Below are positions 63,449 to 64,000 of a DNA stretch of 64,000 bases, one piece after another (the first letter of the stretch is position 1; the number at the start of each line of letters is the position of its first letter). The stretch is from assembly GCA_046563655.1 (NCBI GenBank), contig CM102284.1, positions 4,650,001-4,714,000 on the forward strand, read 5' to 3'. The position numbers and the translations under genes are program-made. Below the pieces are notes generated by a model. That model saw nothing but the letters and a program-made list of their open reading frames with translations, made no database searches and was not told the origin of the DNA. The DNA comes from Yuukianura sp. NJ FZ-2021. Lineage: Eukaryota.

Positions 63449-64000
63449 AGAAAGCTGTAGGCGATTTGTTCAAACAAAATTTAACAAAAACAAGTTTTTC
63501 TGAAATAAAAAACATTGGGTTTTTCAATAAATTGGTTAATACCGATTCTAAAAACACGCCTTATGGCTTTTGTGACTTCAAAAAGTTCGTTTGTGTTTGC
63601 TCGTTTGGTTCGTGCCATTAGTAGATCAGAAAATTTTTAAGAAAACCCTATTCCAGCGTACCTATTTTAATTTTGTGCTTACCTAATTTCTGCTGACTTA
63701 ATTTTTCTGATCTAATGGCTTGCCTCAAATTGTGGAATGGTTTGTTTTCTCGGTTTTTTCTAGAAAATTTTCACAAGTATTTTCTTAACAAATGACCTGC
63801 AGCAAAAGAATTTAACAGAAACCAAATTATGTTTTTCGTGACGGTCTTGTCCTCCTTCGCTATTAGAAAAAAAAATCTAAAAAGAGAAAGCAGCCAACCG
63901 CATCATCCAGAGATTCCGCGCAACGCGGACAAACAGTTTCAGTGCTGCTGGTTTCAAAAATTTTGTCACAAAGCACACCGTTTTGGTAAACACATTTTAA

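Overview
AT-rich eukaryotic (animal, very likely arthropod) genomic window with short GT-AG introns. 1-7.6 kb is a compact gene cluster: a phospholipid-scramblase-like gene (minus, runs off the window start), mitochondrial Asn-tRNA synthetase (minus), cytochrome bc1 hinge subunit (plus), a decayed pogo-type transposon and RRP7A (plus). About 8.8-37 kb is a long-intron PKA type II regulatory subunit gene whose introns hold MITEs, a tRNA-Ser(CGA) and an antisense intronless small ORF resembling an uncharacterised fungal-type membrane protein. About 41-59 kb is a DOT1L/grappa H3K79 methyltransferase gene (minus). 61.5-63.4 kb holds two tandem paralogous secreted 14-Cys peptides with defensin-like spacing. 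Main leads: (1) the first coding exon of PKA-RII reads through its splice donor into a second, diverged D/D domain, predicting a 127-aa tandem-D/D protein with no cAMP-binding domains; (2) a Mutator-like MITE with a 9-bp TSD sits inside the scramblase coding exon and could be removed in frame by a GT in the TSD and an AG in the TIR (introner-like); (3) the possible horizontally acquired nested gene; (4) the double-defensin-like peptide pair. All gene models were built by eye from splice signals and translation; no searches were run.
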